From a virus (taxonomy: Duplodnaviria > Caudoviricetes): a DNA stretch of 64,000 nucleotides. The stretch lies in IMG/VR virus record IMGVR_UViG_3300025915_000004, positions 10,597 through 74,596 of that record. The stretch is one strand, 5' to 3'. The notes beneath the pieces were generated by a model. The model had not been told where the DNA came from, made no database searches, and worked only from the letters and a program-made list of their open reading frames with translations. The translations under genes and the position numbers were made by a program. Positions 54,445-63,400 of this stretch are shown piece by piece (position 1 is the first letter of the stretch; each line of letters begins with the position of its first letter).

Positions 54445-55053
54445 TTACGACGTCGCGATGGCGGTCAGATCGGTGTAGGTGATCTGGTTGAACGGGCAGA
54501 TCGCCGACAGGGTCAGCGGGTACAGGCGCTGCTGCGCGGCGCGGCGGTACGCGGTCTGCACCTGGCCGGCCGACACCACGGTGGGGATGTAGACGACGCG
54601 GGCAAAGCCGTAGAGGTTCCTGCCGACCACCGCTACCGACACGCTGGTGAAGTTGGTGGACAGCGTCAGCACGCTCTTGCCAGGCTGGCCGGCTCCGGGC
54701 GGGGTGACCGCGATCGTGCCGCAGTTGCCGTATGCCAGGTTGACGTTGGACAGGGTCTCCTCCGAGAGCGACGTCGTCACCTGCAACTCGGCGGTGTTGA
54801 CGGCGACGCCGACCGGGGTGGGCTGCTCCTCGATCGAGATGTTCTGCGTGGTCGGGTTGAAGGTGACCGTGACGCCGGCCTCGGTCGCGCCGACGTACGC
54901 CCAGCCCAGTCCGGTCCACGCGGTGCCCACGCCCAGGTTCTGATCGGACGGGACGGCGGTTCCGGTGGCCGCGACGAACAGGATGCCGGTTCCGTACACC
55001 ACGTTCGTCGTCGTGTAGTTCGGCGGGGTGAAGACGAGGGGCGGTCCGGCCAT
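54445..55053 (-). CDS. Major tail tube protein
   Basis: N...G.G.LF.A......P.D....W...G.T..GV, EE...PV, T.L.E.TL.N..LA.G pattern of actinophage tail tubes. Confidence 0.82.
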   Translation of the reverse strand: MAGPPLVFTPPNYTTTNVVYGTGILFVAATGTAVPSDQNLGVGTAWTGLGWAYVGATEAGVTVTFNPTTQNISIEEQPTPVGVAVNTAELQVTTSLSEETLSNVNLAYGNCGTIAVTPPGAGQPGKSVLTLSTNFTSVSVAVVGRNLYGFARVVYIPTVVSAGQVQTAYRRAAQQRLYPLTLSAICPFNQITYTDLTAIATS

Positions 55054-55054
55054 G

Positions 55055-55375
55055 TCAGCTCTCCTGGTCCTGGGTGAGAGTCACACCGGAGTCGGCGGCG
55101 GCTTCGAAGAACGCCGCAACCTGACTCGCAGGGACCTCGGTGTATTCGGTGCTGAGGACCCGCCCGGCGTAGTGCATCTCCGAATGCGGCGGCTCGACCT
55201 TCAGGCGTACGGAGGTGGCGCTCTCCTGGGCGCCGACCACCGTCGGACGGCGGCGTGACTCTTCGAGCTGCCGTTCCAGATCGGCGATCCGTGCATCGCG
55301 CGGATCCGGTGTCTCGTCCGTCGTGGCCGCGTCGGCGTCCGCCGCGACCGGTTGCTGGCTTTTCGCCGTCGGCAT
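55055..55375 (-). CDS. Hypothetical virion-operon protein
   Basis: GGAG RBS; coiled coil plus small beta region. Confidence 0.65.
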   Translation of the reverse strand: MPTAKSQQPVAADADAATTDETPDPRDARIADLERQLEESRRRPTVVGAQESATSVRLKVEPPHSEMHYAGRVLSTEYTEVPASQVAAFFEAAADSGVTLTQDQES

Positions 55376-55384
55376 CTGCGCTCC

Positions 55385-55687
55385 TCAGTTGCTCAAGCCG
55401 GAGTGGCCGACGTCGTCGGCCGTGGTGATCTGGGTGAGGTTGCCCGCGCCGATCGCTGTGTAGAGCGCGCCGGCCGGATCGAGCAGCAGCTCCATCCCGG
55501 CCAGCCAGGTGGCTCCTCCGCCGCTGCCCCACTTGCCCGATCCCTGGGCGTAGCTGCCGGTGCCGAAGTTGCCGGGTGCGCCGATGCCGGTCGTGGTACC
55601 CGCCGTGGCGCCCGTGATGACGTCGGCGGTGAAGGATCCGGCGGGCAGTGTGACCTTCGAGTTGAGCCGGTATCGGTTGATCGCCAC
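55385..55687 (-). CDS. Small virion protein (AIGAGNL family)
   Basis: LYTAIGAGNL motif; ends GLSN. Confidence 0.65.
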   Translation of the reverse strand: MAINRYRLNSKVTLPAGSFTADVITGATAGTTTGIGAPGNFGTGSYAQGSGKWGSGGGATWLAGMELLLDPAGALYTAIGAGNLTQITTADDVGHSGLSN

Positions 55688-56346
55688 TAGAACCCCCACC
55701 CTGCGGCGGCCGGAACCGCTTCACCGACTCCGGGGTTCGAGTATGCGGGGGTGAGCACCAGATCGCCGAACGACTTTCCGCTGCCGTGCGCGTTCGCGAA
55801 TCCCGCGCCCTGGAGCGCGATCGAGGTTCCCGTAGAGCCGGGCCCGACGACGACGATCTCCGACGCGGCGCCGTCGCTGAAGTACAGCTGCTCGCCGGAG
55901 GCGAACGAGGCGCCGCCCGCGGCGATCGGTATCGCGGTGGCGCCGGCCGACACGCCGCTGCTGTTGGTCGGCAGCAGCCATGTCCAAGTACCCGCTACCG
56001 AGTACGTCACGGAGATCGTGCCGCCCGCCGGGACGGCGTAGGCCGCGTTCGTGGTGCCGGCCTGCACGCCATTCACGTAGACGAAGGTCAGCGTGAATCC
56101 GGACAGGGTGACGATGATGATCGAGCCCTTGTTGTTCGTCACCAGGTTGGTGGTCGCGTTGCCGCTGGAGGGCACGCCGGGAGCAGCGCCCACGGTCACG
56201 TTGCCGGGTGTGAACTGCCACTCGCATCCGGCGCAGCGGTACAGCGTGCCGTTGACGTTCTGCATGCTGCGTTTCACCTGGCTGCCGCACCGCGGACAGT
56301 TCACCACGACATCGGCCGGCACACTGGGGATCCCCGACGACGCCAT
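55687..56346 (-). CDS. Zn-ribbon plus beta-sandwich virion protein
   Basis: CPRCG...YRCAGC; Ig-like domains. Confidence 0.7.
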   Translation of the reverse strand: MASSGIPSVPADVVVNCPRCGSQVKRSMQNVNGTLYRCAGCEWQFTPGNVTVGAAPGVPSSGNATTNLVTNNKGSIIIVTLSGFTLTFVYVNGVQAGTTNAAYAVPAGGTISVTYSVAGTWTWLLPTNSSGVSAGATAIPIAAGGASFASGEQLYFSDGAASEIVVVGPGSTGTSIALQGAGFANAHGSGKSFGDLVLTPAYSNPGVGEAVPAAAGWGF

Positions 56347-56349
56347 GGC

Positions 56350-56748
56350 TTAGCCCGCCTTCGCTGCCCGCGTCCTGCGCGGTGGGATGTCCACCGCGTC
56401 GACCTCGGCGTCTCCCGAAGGCGTCCTCTCGGAGTCCGGGCTCGGCTCGGTCAGCTCCGGGATGCGCTCCAGAACCTGCACGCCGCTGGAGCCCTTCGGA
56501 TCGGGCCGGGCTCCGGCCGCCGGACCGAACTGCCGGTTGGAGACGTGCCGCGGCAGGATCAGCGGCATCTCCTGCCCCTGTTCCTCGATCCTGCGGATGC
56601 GCGGCGGTCCGAACTTCGGGTGCAGCAGGTTCGCCACCCGAGGCTCCTCCGCCTCGAACGTCTCGCCGACGAGGATCAGATCAGTCTGCTTCTCGGCGTC
56701 GCCCTTACGGGGCAGCGAGATGTTCACCAGGGCTTGCCAGCGCGGCAC
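56350..56748 (-). CDS. Capsid-associated protein following the MCP
   Basis: Position after MCP; WQALVNIS....GETFE motif; low-complexity tail. Confidence 0.65.
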   Translation of the reverse strand: MPRWQALVNISLPRKGDAEKQTDLILVGETFEAEEPRVANLLHPKFGPPRIRRIEEQGQEMPLILPRHVSNRQFGPAAGARPDPKGSSGVQVLERIPELTEPSPDSERTPSGDAEVDAVDIPPRRTRAAKAG

Positions 56749-56749
56749 G

Positions 56750-57661
56750 TCACACCCCCGACAGCAGGCAGACGGCCAGCGGCTGGTCCAGGCCGATGGC
56801 GCTGGATCTCTGGGTGTCCGACCGCCAGGTCTTGCGCGGCTCGTCCCGGTAGAGCGGTCCGGCCACGAACGGGACTTCGTCGGCGTAGAAGCCGGCGCGG
56901 TGCCGCTGCATGACGATCGCGTTGCCCGCCGGAACCTGCCGGGAGACCAGCACGTCCAGGTTGAAGATCTTCTGTGGCAGTACGCCGGTGTACAGCAGGT
57001 TCTCCGAGGCGATGTCGCCGATGTACGGGGCGGCGAACGTGCTGCTCTGGAGCAGCGTGTTCTTCGTGCCGTGGTTGATAATCAGCGTGTCGGCCTCGAA
57101 GCCCAGCCACTGCGTGATGCCGGAGGGGCTCACGATGTTGGCGTTCTCGACCAGGTAGCAGGCCTGGGCGATGTCGGCGCGGATCGTCGCCGCGGCGGAG
57201 GACCACGCGTTCGACACGGCGAGGGTCTGGATCGAGGCGTTCGCCACGACCGCCGAGTAGAACGCGGTGTTCCACGAGTAGACCATCGTGTTCTTGACCT
57301 GCAACAGCTGGCGGGTCACCGGGTCGATGGTCTGGCGGCGGCGCATCTCGTCCGACACCATGATCGCCATGGCGCGCTCGTGGGTGAACACGACGCGCGG
57401 GACGCCGATGGATGTCGGCACGACCGGGACCTCGCCGAATTCGGGCCGCACCTCGGGGTAGTCGTCCGCGTACAGCGGCGTCGACTCCGAGTAGCGAACG
57501 GCTCCGGACGGCGCGGCGCCGCCGTTGCGCAGCACAGAGTCCACGATGAACTCGTTCTGCGTGATGTCCAGGATCAGCGCGGGGATGACCAGCGGATCCT
57601 TCAGCAGCTCATTGACGGTTATCCGCGGAGCGTCTGAATATCCGCGTGCACCAGCAGCCAT
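56750..57661 (-). CDS. Major capsid protein (HK97 fold)
   Basis: ITV..LL.DP..IP, GAV.Y.E, E.PE.GE.P, D.LI; position after protease/scaffold and decoration genes. Confidence 0.88.
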   Translation of the reverse strand: MAAGARGYSDAPRITVNELLKDPLVIPALILDITQNEFIVDSVLRNGGAAPSGAVRYSESTPLYADDYPEVRPEFGEVPVVPTSIGVPRVVFTHERAMAIMVSDEMRRRQTIDPVTRQLLQVKNTMVYSWNTAFYSAVVANASIQTLAVSNAWSSAAATIRADIAQACYLVENANIVSPSGITQWLGFEADTLIINHGTKNTLLQSSTFAAPYIGDIASENLLYTGVLPQKIFNLDVLVSRQVPAGNAIVMQRHRAGFYADEVPFVAGPLYRDEPRKTWRSDTQRSSAIGLDQPLAVCLLSGV

Positions 57662-57676
57662 GTCGTCACTCCCCTC

Positions 57677-58180
57677 TCAGAAGATCCGGGCCCGGCCCAG
57701 GAAGTAGGTCGAGCCGCCGATGAGCGTGTTGGCGGCCAGCATTCCGGCGGTGACCCCGCCAGGATGCGTGCAGCGGCCGATGGCCAGCTTCACGTCGGTG
57801 ACGGCGCTGCCGCTGATCACGGTGCCCGCCGTGGTGGCGCTGCCCGTGATGATGTCGCCCTCGTCCACTGCGCCCTGGTACCAGACCCAGATGTCCACGC
57901 CGCCCCAGTAGACGGCGGTGTAGTCGTCCAGGACCGAGATGTCGATCGCGGGCTGGCCGTAGGTGTTGGCTCCGCCGGTCTGCACGGTGATCGGAGCGGC
58001 GTCCTTGCCCGCCACGCCGAGGCAGTGGCGGATCTCCGCGGCCGAAGTCCCGCAGGGCTTCACAGTGAGGTCGGTGGCGGAGCCGGGAGTCGTGGGATTC
58101 ACGATCATCCCGCCGATGACAAGCGCAGAAACCTGCTTGTTCATCGGCCCTTGCTTGTAGTGCGGAAGAACCGCGGACAT
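57677..58180 (-). CDS. Capsid cement/decoration protein (DUF2190-like)
   Basis: GG..V, LGVA..DA, G....G......G patterns; directly before MCP. Confidence 0.7.
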   Translation of the reverse strand: MSAVLPHYKQGPMNKQVSALVIGGMIVNPTTPGSATDLTVKPCGTSAAEIRHCLGVAGKDAAPITVQTGGANTYGQPAIDISVLDDYTAVYWGGVDIWVWYQGAVDEGDIITGSATTAGTVISGSAVTDVKLAIGRCTHPGGVTAGMLAANTLIGGSTYFLGRARIF

Positions 58181-58192
58181 CGGCTCCGCCTC

Positions 58193-58396
58193 CTAGTTTC
58201 CGTTGCTCACGGCGAACGCCTCGCCGGACGTCTCGTGCGTGGTCGTGGTGGACGCCGCACGCAGGTTGCCCGCGCCGATCGCTGTGACCTCGGCTGCGGT
58301 CAGCTCCACGGACTCGCCTCTGTGTAGGGTGCGCGGCGGCGAGTTGTACCCGCTGCCGGCGACCGTCACGGGAGCGGTCACGACGTAGCGGGTCAT
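58193..58396 (-). CDS. Small virion protein (AIGAGNL family)
   Basis: EVTAIGAGNL motif; ends AVSNGN. Confidence 0.65.
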   Translation of the reverse strand: MTRYVVTAPVTVAGSGYNSPPRTLHRGESVELTAAEVTAIGAGNLRAASTTTTHETSGEAFAVSNGN

Positions 58397-59580
58397 GAGC
58401 GCAGCCCGAACATCTGCGCACGGGCGCGCGAGACGACGTCGTCGCGGGCCTGCTCCGCGGCTCCGTGCTGCTCGGGCTCGTCGACCGGTGAGCCCAGCTC
58501 GACGGACAGGTCCATCATGCGGGCGGCCTTGGAGTACTCGGTCAGGACCCTGCGCATGATCTGGCCGGCGTCGACCGAGGTGCCGTTGGACAGGTCGACG
58601 GTGTGGCCGGTGCCCTCCAGCAGAGGCTTGGCCAGGTCCACCAGGAACGGCGGGACACCGTGGTCGCGCACGAGCCTGGCCTTCTCGGCGGCGAAGCGCT
58701 GTGCGTCCAGCTCCGCCGTGATGATGGACAGCTGGCGTTCGTTCTCCTCTGCGCGGACGTTGGCCATCTCCAGCGCCATGGCGGCCTGGTTGGACAGTCC
58801 GGGCGCGGCGGCTGTGACCTCCGCTTCGAACTCGGACTCCAGGGCGGCCAGCTCCTCTTCCGACATGCCCTCGATCAGGGCAGCCAGCTCCTCATCGCTC
58901 AGTTCGCCGCCTTCGCCCTCACCCTCGGCGGTGAGCCGGTCGAGATCCGCATCGGCCAGCGCCGTGAGCTTGTCGAGCTTGTCTTCGGGGATTTGCAGCA
59001 GCTTGGCGAGCCGCCCGCGCTCCTCGGTGGTGAACTCCTCGGCCACGTTCCTCTCCTCGCCTGTGAATACCGCTGTCGATAGGTCCAAAGTCGTGTCGAC
59101 GTCGTTGGACGCCTCGACGGCTTGCCATCCGCCGAGTTGGGGGATGCGGGGGTCGAGCGTGCCGAGGACGTGCTGGACGGCGGCGGAGAAGAACTTGCCG
59201 TCGGCGCGTGCGTAGTCCTCCACGATCCGCGCGGAGACTCCGAGCTTGGGGTTTTCCCGCAAGACCCTGTCACCGCGCTCGGTGGCCGAGAGCTTGATGT
59301 ACAGCCCGTCCTCGTCCACTTCGAAGTCGGTGATCTCGCCGGCGAACCGCTCGGGGTCGTTGGTGTGCTTGTTCTCGGCGTCCGCCAGTTGAAAGGGCAC
59401 CTGGTCGTATGCGCGTGCGCGGAACGAGCGCGCCAGCTCGGCCAGGTAGTCCTTGGTGAAGTGCAGCGTCCGGCCCTTGTAGTCGATGTCGCCGACGGGC
59501 AGGACGCGCTTGCGCCACAGCCGGTTGCCCAGTTCGATCGCCTTCGAGCCGCTGAACGGCGTCAGGACGGCGGCCGTCAT
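58393..59580 (-). CDS. Capsid maturation protease (Mu I-like) fused to scaffold
   Basis: RK.VLP.G, H..DP....G.I, GVSARI, QHVLGTLDPRIP.L; acidic coiled-coil C-half. Confidence 0.85.
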   Translation of the reverse strand: MTAAVLTPFSGSKAIELGNRLWRKRVLPVGDIDYKGRTLHFTKDYLAELARSFRARAYDQVPFQLADAENKHTNDPERFAGEITDFEVDEDGLYIKLSATERGDRVLRENPKLGVSARIVEDYARADGKFFSAAVQHVLGTLDPRIPQLGGWQAVEASNDVDTTLDLSTAVFTGEERNVAEEFTTEERGRLAKLLQIPEDKLDKLTALADADLDRLTAEGEGEGGELSDEELAALIEGMSEEELAALESEFEAEVTAAAPGLSNQAAMALEMANVRAEENERQLSIITAELDAQRFAAEKARLVRDHGVPPFLVDLAKPLLEGTGHTVDLSNGTSVDAGQIMRRVLTEYSKAARMMDLSVELGSPVDEPEQHGAAEQARDDVVSRARAQMFGLRS

Positions 59581-60599
59581 GCCTCGGACTTCCCGCTCAT
59601 GTTCTGCGCCCGCTTGGCGAACGCGAGCGCCCGCTCCGCCGAAAAGCCGCGGGAGCGCAGCTTGGCGTAGATCGCCTTGCCTCTGGGCGACAGGCCGTCG
59701 GTGTCCTCTCCGCCGGAGGTGTCTGCGCCGGAGGTGGTGCGCGGTCCGTCGCCGGCGGACATGGTGGGGGTGGCCAGGGCGCGGATCGCCGGGACGCCGA
59801 ACTTCTCCATCAGTGGTGTCTGCTGGGCGGGCTGGGCGTAGGGCACTGCGGAGCGTTCGGGCGTTGCGGAGCCCTTGTTCCAGGTACCCAGCAGGTCCAT
59901 CAGTGCGGCGCGCTGGTGCGCCCGCTCGGGCAGCGGCTGGCCGCCGTCGGGCGCGGCCGACCATCCCCCGGTCTCCGTCTTTTTGATCGATCCGATCGCC
60001 ATGCCGCCGCGGCGGTGGCGTACCTGCGCGCTGCCGTCGGGGTTGCGGCCGACGACGATGTCCCACGGAGACGTGACCGGCAGCTGATGAGAGAGGGAGA
60101 CGGCTCGTGCACCGGTGTTGGACATCGAGTTGTAGTCGCCGGGACGCGAACTGACCGTCAGGCGTTGGGCCTGGAACCCGGTGGCCTTCTGATCGGCCAG
60201 GGCCGGGGTGCGCAGTTTGGCCGAACCCTTCTCGAAGCTGGGAACGCCGCTGGAGGACGAACGCCCCTCGTGCATGTGCCCGCGCGGCGTGTAGCCGGGT
60301 CCGGTGCCCGCGTGCGTGTGGCTGAGCGACGCGTGCTGGTGGCTGTGTGTCACGGTGTGGCTGTGCGCGTAGCCGCCGGAACGGTAGCCGCCCTCTTCCG
60401 AGCCGGTGAAGCCGAGGACGTTGCTGTGCGAGTGGCTACCCATCGCGGACAGCTTCTTCATACCCTTCCGGCCGTACTTCTTCCGGCCGATGAAGGCGGC
60501 CAGGGCGTCGGGATTGTGCGCTCCCCGCTTCGCCAGGGCTCCTGACAACTTCTTGAAGTTGGCCCCCGATCCGGGCGGGGCTTCGGCGTACGTCGCCAT
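59577..60599 (-). CDS. Head-module protein with HxH-rich segment
   Basis: N-terminal GSG.NF..L...LA.RGA.NP.ALAA.IGRKKYG; HSH/HTH/HMH repeats; C-terminal IY.KL..RGF..ERAL.FA. Confidence 0.75.
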   Translation of the reverse strand: MATYAEAPPGSGANFKKLSGALAKRGAHNPDALAAFIGRKKYGRKGMKKLSAMGSHSHSNVLGFTGSEEGGYRSGGYAHSHTVTHSHQHASLSHTHAGTGPGYTPRGHMHEGRSSSSGVPSFEKGSAKLRTPALADQKATGFQAQRLTVSSRPGDYNSMSNTGARAVSLSHQLPVTSPWDIVVGRNPDGSAQVRHRRGGMAIGSIKKTETGGWSAAPDGGQPLPERAHQRAALMDLLGTWNKGSATPERSAVPYAQPAQQTPLMEKFGVPAIRALATPTMSAGDGPRTTSGADTSGGEDTDGLSPRGKAIYAKLRSRGFSAERALAFAKRAQNMSGKSEA

Positions 60600-60699
60600 G
60601 TTGACACAACCTCCGGTGCGCAGGCGCGCAGAGATCAATCTGCGGGCATGATAGCGCCTGTCAGGCGCGTCAGCACTGTTCGCGCACGATGGACACCGG

Positions 60700-61374
60700 T
60701 TAATCCGCGTTCAGGAATCCGGCACTGATCCCTGCGGGCCTGGTTTGCGCTGAAATCGTGTTTGAAGTCCTCATGATTTTTTGAGAGCCGAATTCCCGCG
60801 CCTGCCCGGAGATGGTCGACAGATCTTCCTTCCGCTCCGGTTCGCCGAGCCATCCCGCTTCGTCGGGGTAGTTGTCACGGATGTGCTCGGCGAGCTTGTC
60901 CGTGTGCTCCTGCGCGCCTCGCAGATGCTTATCGGCGTGTTCCGCGTCGAAGTCCCGCTCGGCGTCGCTCTCACCGGTGAGCATCGACTTCGCGTGGCGG
61001 TCCGCGTGCGCCCCGTCATACATGATCGTTTGGAGTAGATGGGCGAACGACGCGGCCTTGGCCGCCGGGCTGACCGACACGGCGAGGTGCATCGCCGTGT
61101 TCACCGACGTCCATTCGGACGCCTCGTCTGGATAGTGCGCCAGCACGTGGTCCTTCAGCCGGGCCGCCTGGTTCATCGCCTGCTCGACATGATGGCTGAG
61201 GTGCGCGGAGTGGTATTGCCGGATCTCTCCGTCGGAAGCCTGCACGCCTCGCATGTGTCCGGAGGCATGCGCTAGCTGTGTGCGGACGTCGTTGAGCCGG
61301 TGGGCGGTGAACATCGCCGCCGCGCCGCGGTCGTCCGGTACCGGCGGCAGCTGCGTCGGCTCGGAGTCGGTCAC
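60700..61374 (-). CDS. Internally duplicated His-rich helical protein
   Basis: Two ~75-aa repeats AH.L...AHA..H...SD...H...H...L..H....YPDEA. Confidence 0.75.
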   Translation of the reverse strand: MTDSEPTQLPPVPDDRGAAAMFTAHRLNDVRTQLAHASGHMRGVQASDGEIRQYHSAHLSHHVEQAMNQAARLKDHVLAHYPDEASEWTSVNTAMHLAVSVSPAAKAASFAHLLQTIMYDGAHADRHAKSMLTGESDAERDFDAEHADKHLRGAQEHTDKLAEHIRDNYPDEAGWLGEPERKEDLSTISGQAREFGSQKIMRTSNTISAQTRPAGISAGFLNAD

Positions 61375-62819
61375 AGCTTCGCCGCCTGTGCGGTCAGCGC
61401 ATCCGCTTGGGAGAGCAAGTCGGAAATCTGCGTGCGCAACGTCGTGATGAGCTGCTTCTTCGTCGGCTTCCTCGCTGTGGCTGTCGCCGTCGTCGCGGTC
61501 TGCTTGGCTGTCGACGGAGCCGCCACGGTCGTCTTCGCTGGGGTCGGCGATGCGCTCTTGCCCGTGGCACCTGCCTTCGTGGCTGCCGCGGTCTTCGCAG
61601 TGGCGGCCTTCGAACTGGCGAGCAGCGCCGCGAGCTGTGCCGAGAGCGCTCTCGCTTTCACCCGGTCGGCGGCGGCCTGCTTGAGCATCAGCGCCTTGCG
61701 CTGCGCGTCGGCGGACGAGCGTCCCTTGCCCTTGCCCTTGCTCGCGGACTTGTCCTGCTTCGAGCCGGACATCGAGCCGAACTGGCCGCCCTGCGGACTG
61801 CCGGCCGGAACGCGAGGCTGCACAGGCGCCGCGCCGCCGGACTGATTGCTGGGTGCGTTGCCGCCGTCGGGTGCGGCGATGGCCATGTCCAGCGCCCGCC
61901 AGGCTGCTTCCTCGTTGGCGTGTGCCCGCGATCTGGCTGCGCGCTCCTCGCCGAGAGCTCCGCCGGCCGCAGCACGCACCTCGGGATGCACGTGTCCGCG
62001 ACCGCTCGACCAACGGCGCAACGCCCCCCACGCGATTGCCGAGGCGCGGCCCTTGTCCATGCCGCGCTTCTCCATCAGGGCTTTGACGATCTGTTCGAAG
62101 TAGTCCGAGTGCTTGTTGCCCTTCACCCCGTACAGGCCCGGACCACCGGGTTTGCCGTAGGGCGCGGGCGTGGCCGCGAGCCGCGGCGTCTGCGCGGACA
62201 GTTCGATCAGTCGGTCGATGTCCGACCAGGACAGCACCGCCTGCGGGATTGGCCGTCCGGGTAGCCGGTTCTCGCGGCGGCTCGGCGCCTTCGGCCCGCC
62301 GGCCACCGCGCGGTCGGTGCCGGTGTTCTGCACCGGTGCGGACACCATCGCAGTGCGGACGCTCTTGGGTGCTCCCGGCCCGCCGGTCTGTGCCGAGCCG
62401 CGCACGTGCAGCGGATCCATCGAGGCGCCCATCGGCAGGTGGCCGGGCTGGGTGTAGGTGGCCGGTGCGGCACGCAACGCCTGGTTGTGCGCCTCGCCGT
62501 CCTCCAGATCGCGGATCAGCAGATAGTGCCGATTGATCAGATCCATACTGATCTTGGCTTTGGAGTGGCCGTCGTCGTCGAGCACCCCGTGCCGCGTCAA
62601 GGACGTCGGGATCATCGTGTGCATCGCGGATTGCAGATGGCGCTTGGCGCCTTCGTGGTTGCCCGCTTCCAGTGCGCGCGCCGCGTCGCGCAGGTGTTGC
62701 GGCGTGGCCATGCCGGGCAGCTCCGATTCGATCTTTCCTGCCAGAGTCCGCAGGCCGCCGGCAGTACGCCGCTTGTCGACGGACAGCGGGACGGGTGTCT
62801 TCCGGTTAAGCATCGACAA
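61371..62819 (-). CDS. Multidomain head-module protein
   Basis: His-containing helical N-domain; PGL...Y...I..AL......A.AIA...RRW..G.G.V domain; QPRVPAGSPQGGQF; K/A/T-rich tail. Confidence 0.75.
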   Translation of the reverse strand: MSMLNRKTPVPLSVDKRRTAGGLRTLAGKIESELPGMATPQHLRDAARALEAGNHEGAKRHLQSAMHTMIPTSLTRHGVLDDDGHSKAKISMDLINRHYLLIRDLEDGEAHNQALRAAPATYTQPGHLPMGASMDPLHVRGSAQTGGPGAPKSVRTAMVSAPVQNTGTDRAVAGGPKAPSRRENRLPGRPIPQAVLSWSDIDRLIELSAQTPRLAATPAPYGKPGGPGLYGVKGNKHSDYFEQIVKALMEKRGMDKGRASAIAWGALRRWSSGRGHVHPEVRAAAGGALGEERAARSRAHANEEAAWRALDMAIAAPDGGNAPSNQSGGAAPVQPRVPAGSPQGGQFGSMSGSKQDKSASKGKGKGRSSADAQRKALMLKQAAADRVKARALSAQLAALLASSKAATAKTAAATKAGATGKSASPTPAKTTVAAPSTAKQTATTATATARKPTKKQLITTLRTQISDLLSQADALTAQAAKL

Positions 62820-63399
62820 GTTCTCCGTTCCGGATGAAGCCGTGCCAGCCGGTCGGTTGGCTGTGCCAGATCGACGGCGTCACGTCGATCATGGGCGGAG
62901 TGCCGTTGACGGTCCAGAAGTCGCCGTCTCTCGCGGGCTGACTGGTGATCCACTGTCCGCCGTCGGGAAGAACCACGCACCACGATTCGACACGCTGCGG
63001 GTGACGGGCACTCATATGCTCGTCTGCCCACTCGACGCGCCACATCGTGCCGGGTGGGACTTCCTTCAGGCTGCCCCAATGTGCGAACTCGTATCCGTCC
63101 GGCCGACGGTAGATCCGGGAGTCGTTGCGTTGCCACTGGTCGTCGAGGAACCGGTATTCGCAGTTCGAACACTGCTTCGGCCAGCGCTGGTCGTCGTGCG
63201 GCCAGTTGTCCCCGTGCACCAGCTCCGACTCTTCCCAGGTGACCTGGTCGATGATCACCATGGCGTCATGTCCGCGCCATGGCGGTTGCTCCTGTTCCCG
63301 GCCGGCGCAGATCCTGCCGTCCGATCTGCCCCAGGTGAACCGGCGTAGATCCCGGCGGTACAGGCCGGTCGGCTCCGCGATGACGAGCGGGATCCCCAT
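62806..63399 (-). CDS. Protein with CxxC and C-terminal DUF6527-like domain
   Basis: CSNC; W...G......TPSI......WHGFIRNG.L C-terminus. Confidence 0.6.
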   Translation of the reverse strand: MGIPLVIAEPTGLYRRDLRRFTWGRSDGRICAGREQEQPPWRGHDAMVIIDQVTWEESELVHGDNWPHDDQRWPKQCSNCEYRFLDDQWQRNDSRIYRRPDGYEFAHWGSLKEVPPGTMWRVEWADEHMSARHPQRVESWCVVLPDGGQWITSQPARDGDFWTVNGTPPMIDVTPSIWHSQPTGWHGFIRNGELVDA

Positions 63400-63400
63400 C

